From Holophagales bacterium (GTDB lineage Bacteria; Acidobacteriota; Thermoanaerobaculia; Multivoradales; Multivoraceae): a DNA stretch of 64,000 bases. The number at the start of each line of letters is the position of its first letter. Position 1 is the stretch's first letter. The translations under genes and the position numbers were made by a program. Below the pieces are notes generated by a model. That model saw nothing but the letters and a program-made list of their open reading frames with translations. It ran no database searches and was not told the origin of the DNA. Positions 28,982 through 40,005 of the stretch are shown one piece after another. Where the stretch lies: assembly GCA_009836625.1 (NCBI GenBank), contig VXVC01000012.1:482847-546846 (forward strand). Direction: 5' to 3'.

Positions 28982-29794
28982 CTATCCAGAACCCAGGCTG
29001 AGCCCGCCGTCGACGGCGAGCAGGGCTCCGGTGATCCAGTCGTTCGCCGGGTCGCAGAGGAAGACGACGGCTCGCGCGACGTCGTCCGGTTCGCCGACGC
29101 GGCCCAGCGGCACCTCGTCGCCGAAGCCTTCGAGGAAGGCGGCGGCCTCGTCCGGCGGCATGATCGTCTCGAAGATCGGGGTGCGCACCACCCCGGGAAG
29201 CACCGCGTTTACCCGAATCCGGTCGCCGGCGAGTTCGGCCGCGAGGCTGCGGGTCAGCGCGTCGACGCCGGCCTTCGCGGCCGTGTAGACGGAGCAGTTG
29301 GCGAGCGGCGACTGAGTGAGCGACGAGGAGATGTTGACGATCGAGGCGCCGCCGCGACCCGCGCGGAGATGGGGGATCGTGGCCCGGGTCGCGAACAGCA
29401 CGCCCTTCAGGTCGACGTCGATGACGAGGTCGACCGGGTCGGGTTCGGTCTCGTCGCTCTCGGCCGCGAGCGGCCCGGCGCGGTAGACGCCGGCGCAGTT
29501 GACGAGGATGTCCAGCCCTCCGAGTTCGCGGGCCGCTTCTTCCACCATCTGCCGCGCGCCGTCCGCGCTCGAGACGTCGCCGGCGACGGCGACGGCGCGA
29601 AGGCCGAGCGCGCGCAGGTCGGCGGCGGCTGTTTCGACCACCTCCCGGCGGCGGCCGCCGAGGGCGATGCCGCATCCGCCCCGGGCAAGGGCACGGCCGA
29701 TCGCCAGTCCGATGCCGCTGCCGCCGCCCGTGATCAGGGCCGCCCGCCCCTGGAACAGTGTCCAGGTGGCCGTCTCGCCGGCTGTGGTCGTCAT
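28982..29794 (-). CDS. SDR-family oxidoreductase
   Basis: TGGGSGIG dinucleotide-binding motif and YxxxK (YTAAK). The start is taken at the internal ATG (MTTTAGETATW). Confidence 0.8.
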   Translation of the reverse strand: MTTTAGETATWTLFQGRAALITGGGSGIGLAIGRALARGGCGIALGGRRREVVETAAADLRALGLRAVAVAGDVSSADGARQMVEEAARELGGLDILVNCAGVYRAGPLAAESDETEPDPVDLVIDVDLKGVLFATRATIPHLRAGRGGASIVNISSSLTQSPLANCSVYTAAKAGVDALTRSLAAELAGDRIRVNAVLPGVVRTPIFETIMPPDEAAAFLEGFGDEVPLGRVGEPDDVARAVVFLCDPANDWITGALLAVDGGLSLGSG

Positions 29795-29842
29795 CGCCTC
29801 GTTGCCCGCAAGCGCCCGGTGCCGCCGTAGTAGGTTCCTGTC

Positions 29843-31678
29843 ATGGCGGCGACAATAGCCCCGAAGCGTTTCTCGTTCGAGCCCGAAGAGCACGCGGCGG
29901 AGCTCGACGCGATCATCGGCGCCATCGAGAGCGCGTCACGCTTCGAGGAGCGCGATCTCGACGATCTGCTGCGCCGCCACCCGAAGAACGGCAGGGGCTT
30001 CTTCTCGAAGAGCGAGTTGATCCGCGGCTATCGCGCGCTTCGACCCGGTTCGGCGGGCGAGCAGACTTTCGTCGACCGGGTGCGGATGAAGCCGGTCCGA
30101 ACGCGGAGCGGCGTGGCGCCGGTGACCGTGCTGACCAAGCCCTTCCCGTGCCCGGGCCGGTGCATCTTCTGCCCCAGCGACGTGCGGATGCCGAAGAGCT
30201 ACCTGTCGTCCGAGCCCGGCGCCCAGCGGGCCGCCGAACACCAGTTCGATCCCTACCGGCAGACCCTCTCCCGCCTCCGCTCCTACCGCCACACCGGGCA
30301 TCCGGTCGACAAGGTGGAGTTGATCGTCCTCGGCGGCACCTGGTCGAGCTATCCGGAGGGCTACCAGGTCTGGTTCATTCTGCGCTGTCTCCAGGCGATG
30401 AACGAGTTTTTCGACGTGTCGTCCGGGCCGGCGGCGGATCCGCTGCTGGCGCTCGATCCCGCGGTGGACTTTCGGCACCTCGAGGAGACGGTGCGGGGCG
30501 CGGAGGTCGACTCGTCGGACGCGGCAGCCGGCCGCAGCTACAACCAGGTCGTCTCCGACTGGACCGCCGCCCATCCACGGGCGGCCGCCGAGGCGCGCGA
30601 GCAGCACGCTGGCTGGGACGACCTGCTGGCGGCGCAGCGCGAGAACGAGACGTCGCCGGTCCGCTGCGTCGGGTTGTCGCTCGAGACCCGGCCCGACCGG
30701 CTCGACGCGGCGGAGGCGCTGCGCATGCGGCGGCTCGGAGCGACCAAAGTCCAGATCGGCATCCAGAGCATGGACGACGACGTTCTGGCCCTCAACGGCC
30801 GCGGCCACGATACGGCCCGGTCGCGGCGCGCCGTGCGCTTCCTGCGCCAGGCCGGCTTCAAGATCCAGGCGCACTGGATGCCGAATCTCCACGGTTCCAC
30901 GCCGGCCAGGGACCGGGAGGACTTCGACCGGCTGTTCGCGGATCCCGACGTACGTCCGGACGAACTCAAGGTCTATCCGTGCTCCTTGATCGAGAGTGCC
31001 GAACTCATGGCGTACCACCGCCGCGGCGAGTGGCTTCCGTACGAGACGGACGAGCTGCTCGACGTCCTGGTCTACGGTCTGGGCGGCGCGCCGCGCTACT
31101 GCCGCCTCAGCAGGGTGATCCGCGACATTCCCGGCACGGACATCGTCACCGGCAACCGCACGACGAACCTGCGTCAGGTGGCTGAGGCCGAGGCGGCGGC
31201 GCGCGGGATCCGCTGCCGGGACATCCGCGCCCGCGAGGTCGGCGGCCGCCCGGTCGAGCCGCGCCGGCTGCGCCTGCGGCGCACCGACTACGAGGCGTCG
31301 GGCGGCCGGGAGATCTTCCTCGAGTTCGTGACCGCGAATGACCGGATCGCGGGGTTCCTGCGGCTTCGCCTGCCCGGGCGGTCCGCCGCGGACGACATCT
31401 CGCTCCCGGAGCTGGCGAACAGGGCGATCATCCGCGAGGTTCACGTCTACGGAGCGGTCGTCGGCCTGGGTGAGCGGGAGGAGGGACGGTCGCAGCACGT
31501 CGGCCTCGGCCGGCGCCTGATCGCCGAGGCGCTGGACATCGCGGCCGGCGCCGGGTTTGGTCAGGTGGCCGTCATCTCCTCGGTCGGCACCCGCGAGTAC
31601 TACCGCCGGCTCGGCTTCGAGGACGGCGAGCTGTACCAGCACCGGTCGGCGCGGGAGCCGCTGGAGACTCCGACGTGA
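29843..31678 (+). CDS. elp3: Elp3-family radical-SAM / GNAT enzyme (tRNA wobble-uridine modification homologue)
   Basis: KPVRTRSGVAPVTVLTKPFPCPGRCIFCP matches the Elp3 N-terminal and CxxxxCxxC radical-SAM blocks. A central TIM-barrel region follows, then a C-terminal KAT/GNAT block (QHVGLGRRLIAEA). 611 aa. Confidence 0.85.
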   Translation: MAATIAPKRFSFEPEEHAAELDAIIGAIESASRFEERDLDDLLRRHPKNGRGFFSKSELIRGYRALRPGSAGEQTFVDRVRMKPVRTRSGVAPVTVLTKPFPCPGRCIFCPSDVRMPKSYLSSEPGAQRAAEHQFDPYRQTLSRLRSYRHTGHPVDKVELIVLGGTWSSYPEGYQVWFILRCLQAMNEFFDVSSGPAADPLLALDPAVDFRHLEETVRGAEVDSSDAAAGRSYNQVVSDWTAAHPRAAAEAREQHAGWDDLLAAQRENETSPVRCVGLSLETRPDRLDAAEALRMRRLGATKVQIGIQSMDDDVLALNGRGHDTARSRRAVRFLRQAGFKIQAHWMPNLHGSTPARDREDFDRLFADPDVRPDELKVYPCSLIESAELMAYHRRGEWLPYETDELLDVLVYGLGGAPRYCRLSRVIRDIPGTDIVTGNRTTNLRQVAEAEAAARGIRCRDIRAREVGGRPVEPRRLRLRRTDYEASGGREIFLEFVTANDRIAGFLRLRLPGRSAADDISLPELANRAIIREVHVYGAVVGLGEREEGRSQHVGLGRRLIAEALDIAAGAGFGQVAVISSVGTREYYRRLGFEDGELYQHRSAREPLETPT

Positions 31679-33090
31679 GCGCGCTCACGACCGACCTCTA
31701 CCAGTTGACGATGGCCCAGGGGTACTGGCGGCACGGCCGCCACCTGGACCGGGCCAGCTTCTACCTGTCCATTCGCCACACTCCGTTCGACGGCGGCTTC
31801 GCCGTCGCGGCGGGCCTCGAGCAGGTCGTGGATTTCCTGGTCGATCTTCGTTTCGAGCCCGAGGACCTCGAGTACCTGCGAAGCCTTGCCGGAAGCGACG
31901 GCAGGCCCCTGTTCGCCCCTGACTTCCTCGCGGCGCTGCCGACGCTCGACCTCTCCGTCTCGCTGGCCGCCGTCCCGGAGGGAACGGCCGTCTTCGCGCG
32001 AGAACCGCTACTCCGGATCGAGGCGCCGCTGCTGGTCGGCCAGTTGATCGAGACGCCCGTCCTCAACATATTCAACTTCCAGACGCTGGTGGCGACGAAG
32101 GCTGCCAGGCTTTGCCACATCGCCGCGCCGGGCCAGCCGGTGCTGGAGTTCGGTCTGCGCCGGGCGCAGGGCTTCGACGGCGGTTTGAGCGCCAGCCGCG
32201 CCGCCTACGTCGGCGGCTGCTTCGCGACCTCGAACGTCGAGGCGGGACAGCGCTTCGGCATTCCGGTGCGCGGTACTCACGCGCACAGTTGGGTCCAGGC
32301 CTTCGACTCGGAGCGTGAAGCGTTCGACGCGTTCGCGGAGACGATGCCGAACAACTGCGTCCTCCTGGTCGATACCTACGACGTGGAGCGGGGGATCGAG
32401 AACGCGATCGCCACCGCGCGGGTGCTCGAGCGGCGCGGCAAGCGGCTGCTCGGCATCCGTCTCGACTCGGGCGACCTGCTGCTGCAGAGCCGCGCGGCGC
32501 GGCGGCGGCTCAACGAGGAGGGGCTCGAGGACGTCGCCATCGTCGTCAGTGACAACCTGGACGAGAAGAAGATTCTGGCGTTGCGGCGGGCGGGCGCGGC
32601 GATCGACATCTGGGGCGTCGGCACCGCGCTGGTGACGGCGGCGGGCGCGGGCGCGCTGGGAGGCGTGTACAAGCTGTCGGCCATCCGGCGGAGCGGCGAG
32701 GAGGCGTGGCGGCCAGTGTTCAAGTTCGGCGCCGGCGTCGGCAAGGCCTCCCTGCCGGGGCGCCTGCAGGTGCGGCGCTACCGCGACGGCGCCGGCGGCC
32801 TGGAGCGGGACGTGATCCACGCGCTCGACGAGGGCGGGGAGGCCTCCGGCCTGGACGATCCGGGTGGCCAGAATCTGCTCGTGCCGGTGCTGGAGGACGG
32901 CCGGCTGATCGAGTCGCTGCCGTCGCTCGACGCCGCTCGCGAGACGGCGGGGCGCGAGGTGGCTTCACTGCCGTCGGCGTTGCAGGACCTCGAGGCTCAC
33001 GGGCCGGCGCCGGTCGAGGTCACGGCGAGCCTGATGGAGCAGTGCGACCGGCTGGCGGCCTCGCACGCACCGCCCGCCCGCTCGGCCTGA
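31675..33090 (+). CDS. pncB: Nicotinate phosphoribosyltransferase
   Basis: GTG start overlapping the elp3 stop (GTGA). N-terminal LTTDLYQLTMAQGYW and HAHS blocks of NAPRTase. 471 aa. Confidence 0.9.
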   Translation: MSALTTDLYQLTMAQGYWRHGRHLDRASFYLSIRHTPFDGGFAVAAGLEQVVDFLVDLRFEPEDLEYLRSLAGSDGRPLFAPDFLAALPTLDLSVSLAAVPEGTAVFAREPLLRIEAPLLVGQLIETPVLNIFNFQTLVATKAARLCHIAAPGQPVLEFGLRRAQGFDGGLSASRAAYVGGCFATSNVEAGQRFGIPVRGTHAHSWVQAFDSEREAFDAFAETMPNNCVLLVDTYDVERGIENAIATARVLERRGKRLLGIRLDSGDLLLQSRAARRRLNEEGLEDVAIVVSDNLDEKKILALRRAGAAIDIWGVGTALVTAAGAGALGGVYKLSAIRRSGEEAWRPVFKFGAGVGKASLPGRLQVRRYRDGAGGLERDVIHALDEGGEASGLDDPGGQNLLVPVLEDGRLIESLPSLDAARETAGREVASLPSALQDLEAHGPAPVEVTASLMEQCDRLAASHAPPARSA

Positions 33091-33136
33091 ACCTCCGGAA
33101 ACCGGCGCTTCGGAGGCCGGTCGTTCATAATCCCGC

Positions 33137-35230
<2,094 letters not shown>

Positions 35231-35234
35231 GCGG

Positions 35235-36287
35235 TCAGCTCCAGTCCGAGGCGTCGTCTTCGGAACCTGCAATGTGGACGCCGGCTTCCTGCCAGCGCTT
35301 CATCGAGGCTTCGACTTCAGGTGTGAAGTCGGCGAGGAAGCGCCCGGGCTTCGCCGGGTCGGGCACGGCGACCGCCGACATGCAGTCGGCCAGCACATGC
35401 AGCCTGCTTGCCGGGACGTCGCGGGACTGCATCTCGGCCAGCAGATCGTCGACCGTGTGACGAACGCAGTGGCTGGCCGCCTGGCCGGCCACGATGATTG
35501 CGTCGGCCTCGAGCAGCGAGTCGATCAGCGTCTCGTTGCGCCGATCGAGCTGCTCGCCGTCGTGTCGGACCAGCACTTCGGGCGCGAGCAGGGAGTAGAA
35601 CTCGGTCAGGGAGTTTGCGCCCTTGATCAGGATCGGCGTTTCGGCGCCGCGCGCGTAGCTGAAGAACAGCCGCGCTTCCTGCACCGCGCCGACCAGGCCG
35701 TGGCCCTCGCTGCCGAGAAAACAGTGCGGTGGCCACAGGTAGAGGCTGTACTTCCCGGTGGCTTCGAGCCGCCGGCAGTAGTCCAGGGCCTGGCGTCGCA
35801 GCCAGTCGTAGGTGCCGTCGCCGAACCAGCCGGCGAGAGCCGGGTTGGGCACCGCCTTGCCGGCTTCGACCTCGGAGGCGAGCACCTCACGGTAGCCGTC
35901 GAGCTGTTTGCCGGAGGCGTCGAGCCAGAACGAAGAGAAGAAGATCTGCTGCGGTGTGTGGCTGTCGAGGCTGGAGGCGATCTCGGTCAGGTTGCCGAGG
36001 TTGCGGTAGATGAAGCGGACCACGCGGTCGGTGTCCTCGATCGCGCCGCGGCCCGAACGGCCGCCGACGTAGAGCGCGCCTTCGGGCAGGCAGAAGTCCC
36101 GCTGTTCGTCGACCAGCAGGAGGATGCGGCGGGTCTCGTCGGTCGTCGCCGGGGTGAGCTCGTGGCGGCTTCGCCATTCGGCGGCCGCGGCCGCGACCCG
36201 GTTCGGGTCGGGGTTGTATGACCACTCGCCGCTCCGGTACGGATCGCTCTTCGGACCGGCGGCGGCTGGCAAGGGTAGGAGCGCCAT
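35235..36287 (-). CDS. Isochorismatase-family cysteine hydrolase, long form (putative nicotinamidase PncA-like)
   Basis: LLLVDEQRDF (catalytic Asp) and AGQAASHCVRHTVDD (catalytic Cys). The length of 350 aa resembles long eukaryote-like nicotinamidases. The context is pncB/nadE. Confidence 0.68.
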   Translation of the reverse strand: MALLPLPAAAGPKSDPYRSGEWSYNPDPNRVAAAAAEWRSRHELTPATTDETRRILLLVDEQRDFCLPEGALYVGGRSGRGAIEDTDRVVRFIYRNLGNLTEIASSLDSHTPQQIFFSSFWLDASGKQLDGYREVLASEVEAGKAVPNPALAGWFGDGTYDWLRRQALDYCRRLEATGKYSLYLWPPHCFLGSEGHGLVGAVQEARLFFSYARGAETPILIKGANSLTEFYSLLAPEVLVRHDGEQLDRRNETLIDSLLEADAIIVAGQAASHCVRHTVDDLLAEMQSRDVPASRLHVLADCMSAVAVPDPAKPGRFLADFTPEVEASMKRWQEAGVHIAGSEDDASDWS

Positions 36288-36378
36288 GTCAGGTGGAACG
36301 CTAGCAAGGGACTGCTACTCTCGCGCCCTTCCACGAAACGGCCATGCAACGGCCCCGCAAGCGAACAGGAGCAGGCAA

Positions 36379-37170
36379 GTGAGTTACGAGTTTCTCCAGG
36401 TCGAGAAGAACGATCACGTCTGGGAAGTGACCCTCAACCGGCCGGAGCGCATGAACGCGATCCACCCGCCGACGAGCCAGGAGCTCGACTCGGTGTTCAA
36501 CGACTTCGCGGCCGATGACGACGCCTGGGTGGCGATCCTCACCGGCGCCGGCGATCGCGCGTTCTCGGCCGGCAACGACCTGAAGTACCAGGCCGAGCAC
36601 GGCAGCAAGACGGTCCGGGCCGGGATGAGAGGCGTACGCGGCGGTTTCGGCGGCATCACGGCCCGCTTCGACCTGCACAAGCCGATGATCGCGGCGGTCA
36701 ACGGCTTCGCGCTCGGCGGCGGCTTCGAGCTGGTGCTCGCCTGCGACATCATCATCGCCTCCGAGAAGGCGACCTTCGGGCTGCCGGAGCCCCGTGTCGG
36801 CCTGATGGCGGGAGCGCTTGGCGTGCACCGCCTGCCGCGGCAGATCCCCTACCACCAGGCGATGGGCATGCTGCTGACCGGCCGCCACATCACGCCGCAG
36901 GAGGCGAAGGAACTGGGGATCGTCAACGAGGTCTGCGCCCACGACGAGCTGCTCGACCGGGCCCGGGCCTGGGCGGCGCAGATCCTGGAGTGCGCGCCGC
37001 TCTCGGTGCGTGCGAGCAAGGAGGCCGCGAACAAGGGCCTCGGCATGGCGCTCGAACAGGCAGCGGGTTCGATCTTCCCGTGGACGGCGCAGATGAACCA
37101 GTCGGAGGACCTGGTCGAGGGTCCGAAGGCTTTCGCCGAGAAGCGACCACCGAACTGGAAGGGCCGGTAG
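36379..37170 (+). CDS. Enoyl-CoA hydratase/isomerase (crotonase) family
   Basis: GTG start after AGGAGCAGG. Oxyanion-hole blocks AGNDL and FALGGGFELVLACDI. Confidence 0.85.
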   Translation: MSYEFLQVEKNDHVWEVTLNRPERMNAIHPPTSQELDSVFNDFAADDDAWVAILTGAGDRAFSAGNDLKYQAEHGSKTVRAGMRGVRGGFGGITARFDLHKPMIAAVNGFALGGGFELVLACDIIIASEKATFGLPEPRVGLMAGALGVHRLPRQIPYHQAMGMLLTGRHITPQEAKELGIVNEVCAHDELLDRARAWAAQILECAPLSVRASKEAANKGLGMALEQAAGSIFPWTAQMNQSEDLVEGPKAFAEKRPPNWKGR

Positions 37171-37184
37171 ACCGCCAGGGCGCC

Positions 37185-37952
37185 TGGTCCGTGGAGATCG
37201 AAGGCAAGGTCGCCGTCGTCACCGGCTCCTCGTCGGGTGTCGGCGAGGCGACGGCCGAACTGCTGGCGGGGCTGGGCGCGTCGGTGGTCGTCAACTACCA
37301 CAGCGGCGCCGAAGCCGCCGAGCGGATCGTCGGCGGCATCCGCGACCGTGGCGGCAACGCCGTTGCCGTTCAGGCCGACATGCGGAAGGACGCCGACTGC
37401 CGGCGGCTCATCGCATCGGCTGTCGAGGCCTTCGGCGCGCTGCACATCCTCGTGAACAACGCGGGAGTGACCCGTTTCATCGCCCATGACGACCTCGAGG
37501 GCGTCACCGATGAGGTCTGGGACGACATCCTCGGCGCCAACCTTCGCGGCGTCTTCAACTGCACGCGCGCGGCCGCGCCGCACATGAAGGAGGCGGGCGA
37601 AGGCGCCGTGGTCAACGTCGCCTCGATTGCCGGAATCGGTGGCGGCGGCAGCAGCATCCCCTATGCCGCGTCGAAGGCCGCGGTCATCGTGATGACGAAG
37701 TCGCTGGCGCGGGTGCTCGGTCCGGAGATCCGGGTCAACACGATCGCCCCCGGCTTCATCGAGGGGCGCTGGCTACGCGGCGGGCTCGGCGACGAGAACT
37801 ATGACAAGGCCCAGCAGCACGTGAGCGCGGGGTCGCCGCTCAGGGGCGTGGCGACTTCCGAAACCTGCGCCGACGCGATCCTCGCCCTGATCGAGCGCAA
37901 CGTGTTCGTGACCGGCCACACGGTGACCGTCGACGGCGGCTGGAGCCTCTAG
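37185..37952 (+). CDS. SDR-family oxidoreductase (3-oxoacyl-ACP reductase-like)
   Basis: TGSSSGVG, NNAG and YAASKAA motifs. GTG start chosen downstream of the crotonase stop. The 320-aa track ORF begins inside the previous gene. Confidence 0.8.
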   Translation, partial: WSVEIEGKVAVVTGSSSGVGEATAELLAGLGASVVVNYHSGAEAAERIVGGIRDRGGNAVAVQADMRKDADCRRLIASAVEAFGALHILVNNAGVTRFIAHDDLEGVTDEVWDDILGANLRGVFNCTRAAAPHMKEAGEGAVVNVASIAGIGGGGSSIPYAASKAAVIVMTKSLARVLGPEIRVNTIAPGFIEGRWLRGGLGDENYDKAQQHVSAGSPLRGVATSETCADAILALIERNVFVTGHTVTVDGGWSL

Positions 37953-37967
37953 GCCGGGCCGGCGCCG

Positions 37968-39095
37968 CTAGCTCGCCCGCAGCGTTTCCCGCTGCACCGT
38001 CAGCGCCTCGATCCGGTCGCGGTCGACCTCGACGCCGAGGCCGGTGCCGACCGGCACGTCGACCCAGCCGTCGCCGTCCATCGTCCACTCCGGCGACACG
38101 ACATCGCGCGCCCAGTAGCGGTTGCTAGGGCTCACGTCGCCGGGGATCGTGAAGTTCGGCAGGGAAGCCAGGGCGACGTTGTAGGCGCGACCGATGCCGC
38201 TTTCCAGCATGCCGCCGCACCAGACCGGGATGTCGTTCGCCTCGCACAGGTCGTGGATGGCCTTCGAGGCCGTGAACCCGGCGACCCGGCCCGGCTTGAT
38301 GTTGACGATCCGGCCGGCTTGGAGGCGGATCATGTCCTCGGCGCGAGCGATGTTGGTGATCGATTCGTCGAGGCAGACCGGGGTCCGCATCCGTCGCTGG
38401 AGTTCGGCGTGCCGGGCGACGTCGTCCCAGGCCAGGGGCTGTTCGACCATCACCAGGTCGAGGTCGTCTAGTTGGACGAGGTGGTCGGTGTCGTCCAGGG
38501 TGTAGGCGTTGTTCGCGTCGGCCATCAACGGCGCGTCCGGCCCGAGGCGCTCGCGGACGGCGTGCAGGTAGTCGAGGTCCTGGCCGGGCTTGATCTTCAG
38601 TTTGATCTTCCGGTAGCCCTCGGCCAGCGCCTTCTCGGCCTTGTCGGCGAGCTCCGCCGGCGAGCTCTGGATGCCGATCGAAATGCCGGTGCCGATCCGT
38701 TTTCGCGTGCCGCCGAGTAGTGACGAGAGGCTCTGGCCCGCCTTCGTTGCCGCCAGCGCCCAGGCCCCCATCTCGATCGCGGCCTGTGCCATCTCGTGGC
38801 CGCGGAGATCCTCGGACAGGGCGGCTGACACGTCCCGGGGCGTCTCGAAGCGGCGGCCAAGCACCCGCGGCGCCAGCCACTCGCGGATCGCCAGGGTCGC
38901 CGTGTCGATGCTCTCGGGAGAGTAGTTCGGGAAGTCGCCGGCGACACACTCGGACCAGGTCGAGGCCCCGTCCGCGTCGACCAGCTCCAGCAGCAGGATG
39001 CGGCGGGTCGTCGTGACGCCGGACGAGATCCGGAACGGCTCGACCAGGGGCAGTTGGATCTCGCGCAGGGTGATCGAGTCGATCTGAAGGCTCAT
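37968..39095 (-). CDS. Enolase-superfamily enzyme, mandelate racemase/muconate lactonizing (MR/MLE) family (OSBS / N-acylamino-acid racemase-like)
   Basis: The KxK general base (KIKLKIK) and metal ligands (DANNAY, EQP, LDES) are present. The start is ATG at 39095 (MSLQIDSITL), overlapping the upstream gene's stop (ATGA). Confidence 0.8.
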   Translation of the reverse strand: MSLQIDSITLREIQLPLVEPFRISSGVTTTRRILLLELVDADGASTWSECVAGDFPNYSPESIDTATLAIREWLAPRVLGRRFETPRDVSAALSEDLRGHEMAQAAIEMGAWALAATKAGQSLSSLLGGTRKRIGTGISIGIQSSPAELADKAEKALAEGYRKIKLKIKPGQDLDYLHAVRERLGPDAPLMADANNAYTLDDTDHLVQLDDLDLVMVEQPLAWDDVARHAELQRRMRTPVCLDESITNIARAEDMIRLQAGRIVNIKPGRVAGFTASKAIHDLCEANDIPVWCGGMLESGIGRAYNVALASLPNFTIPGDVSPSNRYWARDVVSPEWTMDGDGWVDVPVGTGLGVEVDRDRIEALTVQRETLRAS

Positions 39096-39970
39096 TGCTT
39101 CTCCGTTTCTTCGAGCTTCTCGAGCCGGTAGTAGTAGCGCCGGTTCAGCAACGTGTGGGCGCCGGCGTCCTCGCCGGCATCCGGCTCGGGATCTTCGCGC
39201 CAGGTGAACCCGGTCACTTCGTAGCCAGCCTCCAGGCACTCCTGGAACTGCGCCCGGGTGCGCCGCCGCCAGGCGGAGGCGTGTTCGGGCGCGGAGCGCA
39301 GGATGGAGCCGATGTTCGGCGGCACCTCCACCCAGGCGGTGTCCACCAGCGCCTCGTCGACCGGGCAGGGCGCCGTGTCCCGGGTCGGCCCTGCGGTCGG
39401 GCCGCCCTCCATCAGGCGTTCGACCCGCTCGCTCCCGATCGCCCAGGCGACGATGAAGCGGTCCGTTCCCAGTCCACTGTGCAGGATGCTGCCCGTGTCC
39501 TCGCCGTACATGTCCACGACGTACTCGACCGGCAGCGCGCCGAGCCGGTTCAGGTTGAGGTTCGCGTTCCGGGCGACCAGGGGGTCGTAGGTCCAGTACA
39601 CGGTCTCGACGTCGAGTTCCAGCAGGAGTTCGCGCTGGAACGCCTTGAGCTCGCGACCGAGCCCAAGGCCGCGGGCGTCCCGCGCTACTGCCAGCATGTG
39701 GGACCAGTGGGCCCGCTGCCCGAAGCGGAAGCCGCTCATGCCGTAGATGAAGCCCAGCATCCGGCCGGCCCCGTCGTAGGCGCCGGCGACCACGCCGCCG
39801 ATCTTCTGGGAGATCTTGAGCATCGGCGGCGGCACCGCGTCGTCGAAGCTGTCGCCCCAGGTCTCGCGCTGGAGATCGACGATCGCAGCGTAGTCCTCCT
39901 CGGAACTCGCGTTCCGGAGCTCGATGCCGGAAGCCAGCCGTTTGCGCATGGTGGGCGATCGTACAGCCAC
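39092..39970 (-). CDS. GNAT-like acyltransferase (hypothetical)
   Basis: RARDARGLGLGRELKAFQRELLLE resembles GNAT motif A. Translationally coupled to the downstream MR/MLE gene. Confidence 0.5.
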   Translation of the reverse strand: MAVRSPTMRKRLASGIELRNASSEEDYAAIVDLQRETWGDSFDDAVPPPMLKISQKIGGVVAGAYDGAGRMLGFIYGMSGFRFGQRAHWSHMLAVARDARGLGLGRELKAFQRELLLELDVETVYWTYDPLVARNANLNLNRLGALPVEYVVDMYGEDTGSILHSGLGTDRFIVAWAIGSERVERLMEGGPTAGPTRDTAPCPVDEALVDTAWVEVPPNIGSILRSAPEHASAWRRRTRAQFQECLEAGYEVTGFTWREDPEPDAGEDAGAHTLLNRRYYYRLEKLEETEKQ

Positions 39971-40005
39971 GCGCGGGCGGGAGATGCTGGTGCGCGACTG
40001 GGTCG

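Noticed and set aside
28119-29675. 518-aa minus-strand ORF
   Set aside because: Extremely Arg/Pro-rich, alternative frame over the methyltransferase and SDR genes.
36990-37952. 320-aa plus ORF as a single gene
   Set aside because: The N-terminal 65 codons overlap the crotonase gene. The SDR most plausibly starts at GTG 37185.
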